DNA of 64,000 bases from Burkholderiales bacterium. Lineage in GTDB: Bacteria; Pseudomonadota; Gammaproteobacteria; Burkholderiales; Burkholderiaceae_C. Below, one piece after another: positions 36,065-47,117 of this stretch. The DNA lies in assembly GCA_038249155.1 (NCBI GenBank), contig JBBRWN010000003.1:43724-107723 (forward strand). Direction: 5' to 3'. Under the pieces are notes generated by a model that saw only the letters and a list, made by a program, of their open reading frames with translations, had not been told where the DNA came from and did not search any database. A program made the position numbers and the translations under genes. Position 1 is the first letter of the stretch; every line of letters begins with the position of its first letter.

Positions 36065-37315
36065 ATGTTGTCAAGTTATTTAAATTCAATGCACTCTATC
36101 AATTCATCCGAGGCTGGCGGGCACGTCTGGCCGGTGGGCTCGCTGCTGCGGGCGATTGCCGACAGTCTGGATGCCGGTTTCAATCCGGTGGCGGTGCAGG
36201 GCGAGCTGAGCGGCTTTTCGCGTGCGGCCAGCGGGCACTGCTATTTTTCGCTCAAGGACGCGCAGGGGCAGATTCGCTGCGCCATGTTCCGCCGCGCCGC
36301 CAGCGCGCTGGACTTTACGCCCGGCGACGGTCAGCTGGTCGAGTTGAGCGGCCGCCTGGGCGTGTATGAGCCGCGCGGCGAATTGCAGCTGGTCGTCGAG
36401 GCTATGCGCCAGGCCGGGCAGGGCACGTTGTTTGACCAGTTCTTGCAGCGCAAGGCCAGGCTGGAAGCCGAAGGGCTGTTTGACGCGGCCCGCAAGCGGC
36501 CCTTGCCGCTGCTGCCCGCTGCCATCGGCGTGGTCACGTCGCTGGGCGCGGCGGCGCTGCATGACGTGGTGACGGCGCTGCAGCGGCGCGCACCGCACAT
36601 TCCGGTGCTGATTTACCCGGCCAGCGTGCAGGGCGCCCAGGCGGCCGGTGAACTGTGTGAGGCCTTGCGCAAGGCGTACCAGCGGCGCGAGCTGGACCAG
36701 GTCGAGGTGCTGCTGCTGGTGCGCGGCGGCGGCGCGATGGAGGATTTGTGGGCTTTTAATGACGAGCAGCTGGCCCGCACCATCGCCGCTTCGCCGGTGC
36801 CGCTGGTCAGCGGCGTCGGCCACGAGACCGATTTCACGATTGCCGATTTCTGCGCCGACGTGCGCGCCCCGACGCCGACTGCCGCCGCCGAGCTGTGTAC
36901 CCAGCCGCAAAGCAGCGCCCTGGATGCGCTGGCGCAGATTCATTCGCGCCTGCACGGCGGCGTGCAGCGCCAGATGCAGGCGCGCAGCCAGCGCCTGGAC
37001 TGGGCGGCGTCGCGGGTCAGCCAGCCGTCGCACCTGGTGACGCGCCAGCAGGCCAGGCTGGCCGCGCTGGCCCAGAGCCTGAGCCACGCGATGCAGTCGG
37101 CCCTGCAGCTGCGCCGCCAGCAGCTCGAACGCTTGCAACTGCGCCTGGAACTGCTCGATCCCCAGCTGGTGCTGCAGCGCGGCTATGCCTGGCTGGCCGA
37201 CATGCAGGGGCGCCCGATCACAGCCGCCAAAGACACGCATGTCGGCCAGCCGGTGCGCGCTATCCTTGCAGACGGGCAGGTCGATTTGACGGTGTCGCAC
37301 CCCAGATTGATTTAG
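36065..37315 (+). CDS. xseA: exodeoxyribonuclease VII large subunit
   Basis: OB-fold N-terminus (VAVQGELSGFSRAASGHCYFSLKDAQGQIRCAMFR) and GGGAMEDLWAFNDE. Start is uncertain between ATG 36065 and 36089. The upstream part of the 549-aa track ORF is antisense to exbB. Confidence 0.88.
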   Translation: MLSSYLNSMHSINSSEAGGHVWPVGSLLRAIADSLDAGFNPVAVQGELSGFSRAASGHCYFSLKDAQGQIRCAMFRRAASALDFTPGDGQLVELSGRLGVYEPRGELQLVVEAMRQAGQGTLFDQFLQRKARLEAEGLFDAARKRPLPLLPAAIGVVTSLGAAALHDVVTALQRRAPHIPVLIYPASVQGAQAAGELCEALRKAYQRRELDQVEVLLLVRGGGAMEDLWAFNDEQLARTIAASPVPLVSGVGHETDFTIADFCADVRAPTPTAAAELCTQPQSSALDALAQIHSRLHGGVQRQMQARSQRLDWAASRVSQPSHLVTRQQARLAALAQSLSHAMQSALQLRRQQLERLQLRLELLDPQLVLQRGYAWLADMQGRPITAAKDTHVGQPVRAILADGQVDLTVSHPRLI

Positions 37316-37374
37316 TTTTTACAATGCCCGTGGAATGTCAAAGGGCATCGCATCAACAATCAAGAGGAAAAATC

Positions 37375-37956
37375 ATGGAACACAAGCTCCCGCCGCTCCC
37401 GTTTGCAATCGACGCACTGGCTCCGCATTACAGCCAGGAAACCTTTGAGTACCATCACGGCAAGCACCACAACGCTTACGTGGTAAACCTGAACAACCTG
37501 CAAAAAGGCACCGAGTTCGAGGCCATGACGCTCGAAGAGATCATCAAAAAGTCCAGCGGCGGCATTTACAACAACGCCGCCCAGGTCTGGAACCACACCT
37601 TCTTCTGGAGCTGCATGAAGCCCGCTGGCGGCGGCGAGCCTGTCGGCGCGCTGGCTGACGCGATCAACGCCAAGTTCGGCTCCTACGCCGCTTTCAAGGA
37701 AGCGTTTGTCAAGTCCGCCGTGGGCAACTTCGGCTCGGGCTGGACCTGGCTGGTCAAGAAGCCTGACGGCTCCGTCGATATCGTCAACACCGGTCCCGCC
37801 GGCACCCCGCTGACCAGCGCCGACAAGGCGCTGCTGACCGTCGATGTGTGGGAACACGCCTACTACATCGACTACCGCAACCTGCGCCAGAAGTTTGTCG
37901 AGACTTTCTTCTCCAACCTGGTGAACTGGGAATTTGCCCAAGCCAACTTCGCCTGA
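37375..37956 (+). CDS. sodB: Fe/Mn superoxide dismutase (Fe type likely)
   Basis: ATG 37375. MEHKLPPLPFAIDALAPHYSQETFEYHHGKHHNAYV...DVWEHAYYIDYRN. Confidence 0.93.
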   Translation: MEHKLPPLPFAIDALAPHYSQETFEYHHGKHHNAYVVNLNNLQKGTEFEAMTLEEIIKKSSGGIYNNAAQVWNHTFFWSCMKPAGGGEPVGALADAINAKFGSYAAFKEAFVKSAVGNFGSGWTWLVKKPDGSVDIVNTGPAGTPLTSADKALLTVDVWEHAYYIDYRNLRQKFVETFFSNLVNWEFAQANFA

Positions 37957-37979
37957 TGCATTAATTCGCATCCGTTCGT

Positions 37980-38008
37980 AAAAAAGCCGACATAAAGTCG
38001 GCTTTTTT
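37980..38008. terminator. bidirectional rho-independent terminator between sodB and the DUF192 gene
   Basis: AAAAA-AGCCGAC-ataaa-GTCGGCT-TTTTT. Confidence 0.7.
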
Positions 38009-38038
38009 CGTTGAAATACCTGAGCAATTTCAGGGGGG

Positions 38039-38518
38039 TCAGCGCGCCCTGTCAAACAGCGGCCCTTCGAGCTTGCTGCCTGCCTTGAGGCCTTTTTTGG
38101 CAAACCAGCCCTTGTTCATTTCCAGCACCATGCGCACCGGACTGGTTGAGCAGTGCGGCGTGGTGGTTTGCGGCTTCATGTCGGCCAGATTCACAATCGT
38201 GCCATCGTCGGCGACAAAAGCGGCGGTCAGCGGCAGCAGGGTGTTTTTCATCCAGAAGCATTGCTGGCCAGCGCGTTCAAACACAAAGATCATGCCCTCG
38301 TGCTGCGGCATGTTTTTGCGCAGCATCAGGCCGGTCTGGCGCTGCTCGGGCGTAAGCGCCATCTGCACATCAATCACATGCATGCCGACAGACAGCTTGG
38401 TGCGCTGCAGATTCATTTGCGGCGCTTCCTGCGCCCCGGCCCCCAGCGGCGCGCCCAAGGCGACGGCGAGGGCCAGCCACAGCAGCAGTACACCCGATTG
38501 AAATTGACCATTTCGCAT
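38039..38518 (-). CDS. DUF192 domain-containing secreted protein
   Basis: Start taken at ATG 38518 (MRNGQFQSGVLLLWLALAVALGAPLGAGAQ signal). TPEQRQTGLMLRKNMPQHEGMIFVF...FWMKNTLLPLTAAFV is the DUF192 core. Confidence 0.8.
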   Translation of the reverse strand: MRNGQFQSGVLLLWLALAVALGAPLGAGAQEAPQMNLQRTKLSVGMHVIDVQMALTPEQRQTGLMLRKNMPQHEGMIFVFERAGQQCFWMKNTLLPLTAAFVADDGTIVNLADMKPQTTTPHCSTSPVRMVLEMNKGWFAKKGLKAGSKLEGPLFDRAR

Positions 38519-38667
38519 ACGTAACGCCTCTAAAAAACTGCATAAAAGGGACATTTTGACCCAAGTCCATCAAAAACTTTTGAAGCTAGAATTTGTTGGC
38601 CTTTAAAAAACTGCTGAAAGTGGCGTGGACCTGCATGCCACTTGACGCTTACAGGAGACTTCTGCAC

Positions 38668-39921
<1,254 letters not shown>

Positions 39922-39956
39922 GCGTGTCGCAGCGCGTTGTATAGCGTTGCAAAAAA

Positions 39957-39988
39957 AGCCCGTGCCCTCTGATGTTTCGGGCTTTTTT
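39957..39988 (+). terminator. rho-independent terminator after icd
   Basis: GCCCG-loop-CGGGC followed by TTTTTT. Confidence 0.6.
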
Positions 39989-40200
39989 ATTCCACCTATC
40001 GGTTAAAACTATTTAAGCTTTGCGGAAAAGTAATTTAAATTAATTTTAGAGGGGGTATTTAATTGTTTGTATTTGTATGTTCTTGTAATGTATTTAAATC
40101 TGTTACTTGATTTACATTTAAAAAATGTCAATTTGTCAGATTATTAATAATAATTGCCAATCTCGTGAAGGTTGTTAATAAATTTTTTTGAAAGATTGGC

Positions 40201-40557
40201 ATGATTAAAAATTTATCTGAAGGCATTACTAGTCGGGTTTTGCATCTGTCTTCTTGGCCTTCACTCTCCAGTCTTTCACAGGATGCGGTGCCGGATGTTG
40301 CCCGTATCTGCGCTTTGCTGGCACGCAGGCCATCGGTGGGCATGTTTGTTCCGGTGCTTCTGCGTATGCCTGCACCGGTCGCTTATTCGCTGCTGGAAAC
40401 GCTTTATACCGGTGGCCATATTTACACTGACAGAACACTGGCGCCTGCTGAACCTGCCCCTTGCGGTGCAGAGCCTGCCGATATTTATGAGCCTGCGGTC
40501 ATTTCCTTTCTCTCCAGACTCTGGAAGCGCCTGACCTCTGACGACGTTCGAGCCTGA
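40201..40557 (+). CDS. orphan hypothetical protein (118 aa) with atypical codon usage
   Basis: The only sizeable ORF after a very AT-rich spacer of about 210 bp. Many T/A-ending codons, unlike the neighbours. No recognisable motif. Confidence 0.45.
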   Translation: MIKNLSEGITSRVLHLSSWPSLSSLSQDAVPDVARICALLARRPSVGMFVPVLLRMPAPVAYSLLETLYTGGHIYTDRTLAPAEPAPCGAEPADIYEPAVISFLSRLWKRLTSDDVRA

Positions 40558-40625
40558 ATCTCACGCGAGGCGGGATTGACTGGTGGGACGCTGGCGCAGT
40601 GGCGCCAGCGCGTTGCATTTAGTTG

Positions 40626-41108
40626 TCAAGCACCCGCTGGCAGCTCGTGGGGAGAGGGAACTTCGGCCAGCGCGGCCAGGAACTTGGCATCGGGCAAGGC
40701 AGCCAGCAGCTTGAGGCCAGCGCGCAGCAATTGATTTTTTTTCAGCGGGCAGCCCAGCAACGCGGCGCGCTGTTTGAGTTCGTCAAGCGCGGCATATTCG
40801 GCTTTGGGCATGGTGAAGCTGTCGCGCACCCTTTTTACTTTTTTGGCTTTTTCAGGAAGCGGCATTTTTTCTGCGGGAGCGGGCGCTGGTGCGGAGGTTG
40901 TCTTTTCAGGCTGCGTGGACGCAGCAGCTTGCAGGAGTGGCATTTTTTTGACGGCAGGTTTCGCCGCGACCGCTCTTTTGCGGGCAGGCAGCTTGGCGGG
41001 CGCTGGCGGTGCAGCCGGAGCGACTTTTGTTCGGACTGGCACTGCAGGCGCGGTGACCGACCCGGAAAGGGCGATGGCGGCAGGGGAGGCTATTTTTTTG
41101 GTGACCAT
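40626..41108 (-). CDS. Ala/Pro/Lys-rich histone-H1-like protein with a C-terminal ribbon-helix-helix-like domain
   Basis: 160 aa. The N-terminal ~95 residues are low-complexity AKP-rich. The C-terminus VRDSFTMPKAEYAALDELKQRAALLGCPLKKNQLLRAGLKLL fits a beta-strand/helix/helix pattern. Confidence 0.6.
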   Translation of the reverse strand: MVTKKIASPAAIALSGSVTAPAVPVRTKVAPAAPPAPAKLPARKRAVAAKPAVKKMPLLQAAASTQPEKTTSAPAPAPAEKMPLPEKAKKVKRVRDSFTMPKAEYAALDELKQRAALLGCPLKKNQLLRAGLKLLAALPDAKFLAALAEVPSPHELPAGA

Positions 41109-41180
41109 GACGGATGCTTTCCGGTTAAAGGGCGAGTGAGGTTGAAGGTAATCGGGTGAGGGGGCTATGGACAGGGGATT

Positions 41181-42680
41181 TCAGAGACCGGCCAGCTGCA
41201 GTTCCCACGGAGTTTTTTCCCAGGCCAGCATTTCTTCGCGCAGCAGATGCGCTGATTGGGGAAAGGCGTGCGCCCAGCCGGGGCGGCAGCCGAGCACAAA
41301 GCGCCGGCCCGGTTCGGCGTCGGTTTCCAGCGTCAAGCCTTGCAGGTCCGGCTCGCAGCGCGCATGGCACAGGATCACGGCCAGGCGCAGGCACAGCAGT
41401 TGCTGCACGAACAGGCGGTCCTCAAAATCGGCTTCAAGCTTGCGCAGCTTGCCGCGATGGCCGAGCACCAGCAGGCTCAGGCGGTGCAGCTCATGCACGG
41501 CGAAACCGGCGGCATCGGCATTGTCAAGGATATAGGCGCCATGCTTGTGGTAGTCGCTGTGCGAAATCTGGCAGCCAATTTCATGCAGCTGCGCCGCCCA
41601 GGCCAGCTTGCGCCCCGAGCGTTCGAGTTCGGCTGGGGGCAGGCCGGCGCCAGCCATCAAAAACAGATGCTGGGCGACCTCACTGAGCCGACCGGACTGG
41701 GCCGCATCGGTCTGAAAGTTGTGCGCCAGGCGCTGCACGCTGGCCGCGCGCAGGTCGGTCAACTCGTGCTCGCGGTCGAGCAGGTCGTACAGCACGCCGT
41801 GACGTAGCGCGCCCTGGGCCGCCTCCATGCGCTCAATGCCCAGCAGGTCAAAAATGGCCCGCAGCACGCTGACCCCGCCGCCGATCACGGCGCGCCGCTC
41901 TTCCTTGATGCCGTCGAGTTTGAGCCGGTCGGCCGATTGCGCCTTCAGCAGGCGCTCCAGCAGCCAGTCCAGGCCGGCGCGGGTGACTTCGCCCGCTGGC
42001 CAGCCAGCGGCTGTCAGCACTTCGCCGACGGCGCCTATGGTTCCTGAGGAGCCGTAGGCGGCGTCCCAGGTGTCAGGGCGGTAGAGGATGGCGGCTTCAT
42101 CGAGCACGGCCTTGGCGGCAATTTCCGCCACTTCAAAAGCGCGCGCGCTGAATTGGCCGTCCGGAAAATACTTCATGGACCAGGCAACGCTGCCGATGCG
42201 GTAGGACTCCAGGGTCTGCGACTGCAGGTGCTGGCCCAGGATCAGCTCGGTCGAGCGCCCGCCAATATCGACCACCAGGCGGCGCTGCTCCGACTGGGGC
42301 AGCATGTGGGCCACGCCCTGGTAGATCAGCCGGGCTTCTTCGCGGCCTGAAATCACGTCAATCGGAAAACCCAGAATGCTCTGGGCGCGGGCCAGGAATT
42401 CATCCCGGTTGCGCGCCTCGCGCAGGGTCTGGGTCGCCACCGCCCGGACCTGGGTTTTGTCAAACCCCTTGATCCTCTCGCCAAAGCGCGCCAGGCAATC
42501 CCAGCCGCGCTGCATGGCTGCGGCGCTCAGGTTGCGCTCGGCGTCGAGCCCGTTGCCCTGGCGCACGGTTTCCTTGAGGTATTCGGTTCGATGGATACGG
42601 CCGTGGTCCAAGCGGCCAATTTCAAGGCGAAAGCTGTTGGAGCCCAGGTCCACAGCGGCGAGAAGAAGTCCGTTTTGCAT
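41181..42680 (-). CDS. ppx: exopolyphosphatase / guanosine pentaphosphate phosphohydrolase (Ppx/GppA family)
   Basis: ATG 42680. MQNGLLLAAVDLGSNSFRLEIGR...VVDIGGRSTELI, plus a C-terminal HD domain (LHEIGCQISHSDYHKHGAYI). Confidence 0.9.
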   Translation of the reverse strand: MQNGLLLAAVDLGSNSFRLEIGRLDHGRIHRTEYLKETVRQGNGLDAERNLSAAAMQRGWDCLARFGERIKGFDKTQVRAVATQTLREARNRDEFLARAQSILGFPIDVISGREEARLIYQGVAHMLPQSEQRRLVVDIGGRSTELILGQHLQSQTLESYRIGSVAWSMKYFPDGQFSARAFEVAEIAAKAVLDEAAILYRPDTWDAAYGSSGTIGAVGEVLTAAGWPAGEVTRAGLDWLLERLLKAQSADRLKLDGIKEERRAVIGGGVSVLRAIFDLLGIERMEAAQGALRHGVLYDLLDREHELTDLRAASVQRLAHNFQTDAAQSGRLSEVAQHLFLMAGAGLPPAELERSGRKLAWAAQLHEIGCQISHSDYHKHGAYILDNADAAGFAVHELHRLSLLVLGHRGKLRKLEADFEDRLFVQQLLCLRLAVILCHARCEPDLQGLTLETDAEPGRRFVLGCRPGWAHAFPQSAHLLREEMLAWEKTPWELQLAGL

Positions 42681-42754
42681 GTCTGAGTCTGTTGTTCGGG
42701 GGATCGGCCAGCATAGCACTCCGATGTTGCACCCGCCCCCCGCATGCAAGCGGC

Positions 42755-43921
42755 TCAGCCGATGAGTCGGCCGTCCGAGGTCAGCATGCTCTGGGTGACG
42801 TAGGTGCTGCTTCTGCGCGCCGGGTTAAAGCTGATGCGAAACCCCCCGACATCAAGGCTGGCTCGCCGCTGAAAGGCCGCCAGCGCCGTCTGGCGTGTCA
42901 GCGGGCCCTCAACCTCACTGAGCACTTCATAGGTGTAGCGGGCGGCGATAAACCCGGCCAGGCTGAGCGGCGTGGGCGCTTCTTCAAACAGCCGTGCCAG
43001 CGTTTCCCGGTACTGCTTGACCACCGGCAGGCGGGCGTTGAGCAGCGGCACCGGCTGGGTGGCGGTGACCGGGATGTTGCGCGAAGCGCCCATTTGCATC
43101 AGGGTTTTGAGGTTGACATCGGCCAGGGCCACGATGTAGCGCTGGCGGGACTGTTTTTCCAGGCCTTGCGTGAACTGGGCCAGCTCGGGCGTCCCGCCGA
43201 TAAACAGGATCACCGCAGGCGTCTCGGCGGTGAGTTTTTGGCCCAGCGATTGCAGGTCGTTCGTGGCTTGGTAGGAAACCAGCTCAAGGCGCAGGTCGGC
43301 GGCAATTCGCGCGACTTCCGTATGGTAGGCGGCGTGCATCTGGGGGCTGGCATACACCGCGCCCAGCGTCTTGGTGCCGATGATGGCGAGGTTTTTCAGG
43401 GCATGGGAAATTTGCTCCTGGCGTGCGGCAAAGATGGGAAACGTTTTGCTGTCGATTTCCAGGCTGGCGTTTTGCAGCCAGGGCGCGGCATGGGCGATGT
43501 TCAGCTCGTCCTTGCGCGACAGGGCCAAAAGCTGGCTGGCCAGCTGGTCGCCAACGCTGCCGGACAGGGTGACGCAGGCCGGGTTGTTTTTGATCGGCTC
43601 CAGCGCAGCGTGCAGGCTGGCGGGCGTGCCGTTGGTTTCCAGGACCAGATGCTCGACCTGTCGGCCATTGATGCCGCCGTGCAGGTTGATGTCCTGCCAG
43701 GCGGCGCGCGCGCCGATCAGGAAATCCTTGGACACATCCTGCTGTGTTTGTGAAAAATCAACACATTGCGCCACCACGACACTGCCGCGTGCGGCGGGTG
43801 ATGCTGACTTGTTGTGCTGCGCCCAACTGGAGGTGGCGGCGCAGGCGGTGAACAAACCCGCCTGTTGCAGCCATTGGCGGCGGCTGGAGGCGGTGACAAA
43901 TGGAACAGGACGCTTGAGCAT
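42755..43921 (-). CDS. ABC transporter periplasmic substrate-binding protein (LivJ/Peripla_BP_6-like)
   Basis: ATG 43921 after GGAGAT. MLKRPVPFVTASSRRQWLQQAGLFTACAATSSWAQ looks like a Tat-type signal. Type-I PBP fold pattern. Confidence 0.65.
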   Translation of the reverse strand: MLKRPVPFVTASSRRQWLQQAGLFTACAATSSWAQHNKSASPAARGSVVVAQCVDFSQTQQDVSKDFLIGARAAWQDINLHGGINGRQVEHLVLETNGTPASLHAALEPIKNNPACVTLSGSVGDQLASQLLALSRKDELNIAHAAPWLQNASLEIDSKTFPIFAARQEQISHALKNLAIIGTKTLGAVYASPQMHAAYHTEVARIAADLRLELVSYQATNDLQSLGQKLTAETPAVILFIGGTPELAQFTQGLEKQSRQRYIVALADVNLKTLMQMGASRNIPVTATQPVPLLNARLPVVKQYRETLARLFEEAPTPLSLAGFIAARYTYEVLSEVEGPLTRQTALAAFQRRASLDVGGFRISFNPARRSSTYVTQSMLTSDGRLIG

Positions 43922-44046
43922 GGAAATCTCCCAGGTGAAAACAGCGTCCAGCCTAAAAGCGCGGTGTGACTCCTGCGCGTCAAACATTTGAAGCTTGTGT
44001 GACAGTAGTGGGGCATGTTCAATGCCCCACTTTTGCCACGCAGGAC

Positions 44047-44064
44047 GTGTCACGACTTTGTCAT
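44047..44064 (+). promoter_or_regulatory. candidate Pho box upstream of pstS
   Basis: GTGTCAC-gact-TTGTCAT, two 7-bp direct repeats spaced 4 bp apart (compare consensus CTGTCAT-N4-CTGTCAT), 52 bp before the pstS ATG. Confidence 0.5.
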
Positions 44065-44115
44065 ATAAGAATTTTAAAGTGACCCCACATTTATTAATAA
44101 CCTGAAAGTGCCCTG

Positions 44116-45159
44116 ATGAAATCTACATTTAAAGCTTCCATGACCGTGACCCTTGGTACAGCCCTGATGTCGCTGGCTACTTTGTCAGCGGCACAGAACG
44201 TGACCGGTGCAGGCGCGACTTTTCCAGCGCCGCTGTACGCCAAGTGGGCCGCTGATTACAACAAGGCCACCAACATCAAGATCAACTACCAGTCGGTGGG
44301 TTCGGGCGCTGGCATCCGTCAGATTGAAGCCAAAACCGTCGATTTCGGCGCTTCGGACATGCCGCTCAAGGATGATGAACTGGCCAAAAAAGGCTTGGTG
44401 CAGTTCCCTGCCGTCATCGGCGGCGTGGTCCCGGTGGTCAATATCAAGGGCATTGCCCCTGGCCAGCTGAAATTGACCGGCCAGGTGCTGGGCGACATCT
44501 ACCTGGGCAAAATCACCCAGTGGAACGATCCAGCCCTCAAGGCACTCAACCCTGGTTTGGCCCTGCCGGACGCGGCCATCGCCCCGGTGCGCCGCGCCGA
44601 CGGTTCGGGCACCAGCTTCATCTTCACCAACTACCTGAGCAAGGTCAACGCCGAGTGGAAAGCCAAGGTCGGCGAAGGCACAGCGGTGAACTGGCCTGCC
44701 GGCGCTGGCGGCAAGGGCAACGAGGGCGTGGCAGCATTTGTCAGCCGCCTGCCCAACTCCATCGGCTACCTGGAATACGCCTATGTCAAGCAAAACAAGC
44801 TGACCTTTGCCCAGATGAAAAATGCTGACGGCCATTTTGTCTCCCCTGATGACACGGCTTTCAAAGCTGCTGCGGCGGGTGCGCAATGGTCCAAGAGCTT
44901 TTACCAGATCCTGACCGAGCAGCCCGGCAAGGATTCCTGGCCCCTGACCGGTGCCACCTTTATCCTGATGCATAAAGCCCAGGACAAGCCCGAGCAGGCT
45001 ACTACGACGCTCAAGTTCTTTTCCTGGGCCTATAAAAATGGCGACCAGACTGCTGACGCGCTGGACTACGTGGCCATGCCTGCGGCTGTGAAAACCATCA
45101 TCGAGCAGTCCTGGAGTGCCATCAAGGACACGTCGGGCAAAGCCATCGCTTACAAGTAA
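44116..45159 (+). CDS. pstS: phosphate ABC transporter substrate-binding protein
   Basis: 347 aa. Signal peptide, then [16 protein letters not shown] and [11 protein letters not shown] motifs. Confidence 0.95.
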   Translation: MKSTFKASMTVTLGTALMSLATLSAAQNVTGAGATFPAPLYAKWAADYNKATNIKINYQSVGSGAGIRQIEAKTVDFGASDMPLKDDELAKKGLVQFPAVIGGVVPVVNIKGIAPGQLKLTGQVLGDIYLGKITQWNDPALKALNPGLALPDAAIAPVRRADGSGTSFIFTNYLSKVNAEWKAKVGEGTAVNWPAGAGGKGNEGVAAFVSRLPNSIGYLEYAYVKQNKLTFAQMKNADGHFVSPDDTAFKAAAAGAQWSKSFYQILTEQPGKDSWPLTGATFILMHKAQDKPEQATTTLKFFSWAYKNGDQTADALDYVAMPAAVKTIIEQSWSAIKDTSGKAIAYK

Positions 45160-45214
45160 ACCTTCAACCCACATCGGCTCAACACTCGTTCTGAACATAT
45201 TGGAGGTTTATTTC

Positions 45215-46246
45215 GTGTCCTCTACACTTCCGGCAAGCCGGGCCGCTTTTGAATTCCCGGCAAAAGTGACCGGACGTGCCATGACTAATCCTCCTCCCGT
45301 GAAGCCGATGCGGCGCAGTTCCTGGCCAGACCGAATTTTTGGCTGGGCTGCGCTGGGCGCGGCCCTGCTGACGATGGGCCTGCTGCTGGCCATTCTGGCC
45401 TCTCTGGTGATCGGCGCCTGGCCGGCGATCAGCAAATACGGCATCAGCTTTCTGACCAACAGCGTCTGGGATCCCGTCAAGGACGAGTACGGCGGGCTGG
45501 TGATGATTTACGGCACGCTGGCCACCTCCATCATTGCCCTGCTGATTGCGGTGCCGGTGAGTTTTGGCATTGCGCTGTTCCTGACCGAGCTCTCGCCCGC
45601 GTGGCTCAAGCGCCCGCTGGGCACGGCCATTGAACTGCTCGCCGCCGTTCCCTCCATCGTCTATGGCATGTGGGGGCTGCTGGTGTTTGGGCCGATTCTG
45701 GCCACTTATGTGCAGCAGCCGCTGCAAAACCTGTTCAGCGGCGTGCCTTACCTGGGCGCGCTGTTTTCCGGGCCGCCGGTGGGTATCGGCATCCTGTCGG
45801 CCGGTATCATTCTGGCCATCATGATTATTCCGTTCATTGCGGCCGTGATGCGCGATGTGTTCGAGGTGACCCCGGTGCTGCTCAAGGAGTCGGCTTACGG
45901 CCTGGGTTCAACCACCTGGGAAGTCGTCTCCAAAGTCGTTCTGCCTTACACCAAGTCAGGCGTGATGGGCGGCATCATGCTCGGGCTGGGCCGGGCGCTG
46001 GGCGAAACGATGGCGGTGACCTTTGTCATCGGCAACTTTAACCAGCTCGACTCCCTGAGCCTGTTCCAGGCGGCCAACAGCATCACCTCGGCGCTGGCCA
46101 ACGAGTTTGCCGAGGCGGGCGAAGGCCTGCACCAGGCGTCGCTGATTTATCTGGGGCTGGTGCTGTTCTTTATCACCTTCGTGGTGCTGTCGCTGTCCAA
46201 ACTGCTGCTGTCGCAGCTGCAGAAAAATGAAGGAGCCAAGACATGA
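45215..46246 (+). CDS. pstC: phosphate ABC transporter permease PstC
   Basis: Start chosen at GTG 45215, 8 nt after GGAGG (alternative ATG 45281). [19 protein letters not shown] tail and the [15 protein letters not shown] loop. Confidence 0.9.
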   Translation: MSSTLPASRAAFEFPAKVTGRAMTNPPPVKPMRRSSWPDRIFGWAALGAALLTMGLLLAILASLVIGAWPAISKYGISFLTNSVWDPVKDEYGGLVMIYGTLATSIIALLIAVPVSFGIALFLTELSPAWLKRPLGTAIELLAAVPSIVYGMWGLLVFGPILATYVQQPLQNLFSGVPYLGALFSGPPVGIGILSAGIILAIMIIPFIAAVMRDVFEVTPVLLKESAYGLGSTTWEVVSKVVLPYTKSGVMGGIMLGLGRALGETMAVTFVIGNFNQLDSLSLFQAANSITSALANEFAEAGEGLHQASLIYLGLVLFFITFVVLSLSKLLLSQLQKNEGAKT

Positions 46247-47103
46247 GCGCCGTGATGCAGCAGGCCCGCGTGGCCAAATTTGCCCGTCGCAAGCGGGTCA
46301 ACCAGGTGGCGCTGGTGCTGTCGCTGGGCGCCATGAGCTTCGGGCTGTTCTGGCTGTTCTGGATCTTGCTGGAAACTGTCCGGCTCGGTCTTGGCGGTAT
46401 TGCGCTGGCCACTTTCACTGAAATGACGCCCGCGCCGAATGAAGAGGGCGGTATTGCCAATGCGCTCTACGGCTCGTTCCTGATGGTGACGCTGGCCACG
46501 TTTGTTGGCACGCCGATTGGCATCATGGCCGGCATCTACCTGGCCGAGTACAACGCCAAAGGCCTGCTCGCTTCGGTGACGCGCTTTGTCAATGACATCT
46601 TGCTGTCGGCGCCCTCCATCGTGATTGGCCTGTTTGTCTATACGGTCGTGGTGTCGCGCTTTCATTCCTTTTCCGGCTGGGCCGGGATTGCAGCGCTGGC
46701 GCTGATTGTGATTCCGGTGGTGATTCGCACCACGGAAAACATGCTCCAGCTGGTGCCGCCGGGTCTGCGCGAAGCCGCTTATGCGCTGGGCGCGCCGAAG
46801 TGGAAAGTCATCCTCAGCATCACGCTGCGCGCGGCCCGTTCTGGCGTCATCACTGGCGTGCTGCTGGCCGTGGCGCGCATTGCCGGTGAAACGGCGCCGC
46901 TGCTGTTCACGGCCCTGAGTAACCAGTTTTGGACCTCTGACCTGAGCCAGCCGATGGCCAGCCTGCCGGTGACGATTTTCAAGTTTGCGATGAGCCCTTA
47001 TGAAAACTGGCAGCAACTGGCCTGGGCGGGCGTGCTGATCATCACCGTAGCGGTGCTGGGCCTGAATATTCTGGCACGCGTGCTGACACGCAAAAAAGAC
47101 TGA
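46243..47103 (+). CDS. pstA: phosphate ABC transporter permease PstA
   Basis: 286 aa. [18 protein letters not shown] loop. ATGA overlap with pstC. Confidence 0.93.
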   Translation: MSAVMQQARVAKFARRKRVNQVALVLSLGAMSFGLFWLFWILLETVRLGLGGIALATFTEMTPAPNEEGGIANALYGSFLMVTLATFVGTPIGIMAGIYLAEYNAKGLLASVTRFVNDILLSAPSIVIGLFVYTVVVSRFHSFSGWAGIAALALIVIPVVIRTTENMLQLVPPGLREAAYALGAPKWKVILSITLRAARSGVITGVLLAVARIAGETAPLLFTALSNQFWTSDLSQPMASLPVTIFKFAMSPYENWQQLAWAGVLIITVAVLGLNILARVLTRKKD

Positions 47104-47117
47104 ACAAGACAAGGTGA

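Noticed and set aside
36104-37300. 398-aa minus-strand ORF
   Set aside because: It is antisense to xseA, with a Gln/Arg/Ala/Leu-rich shadow product.
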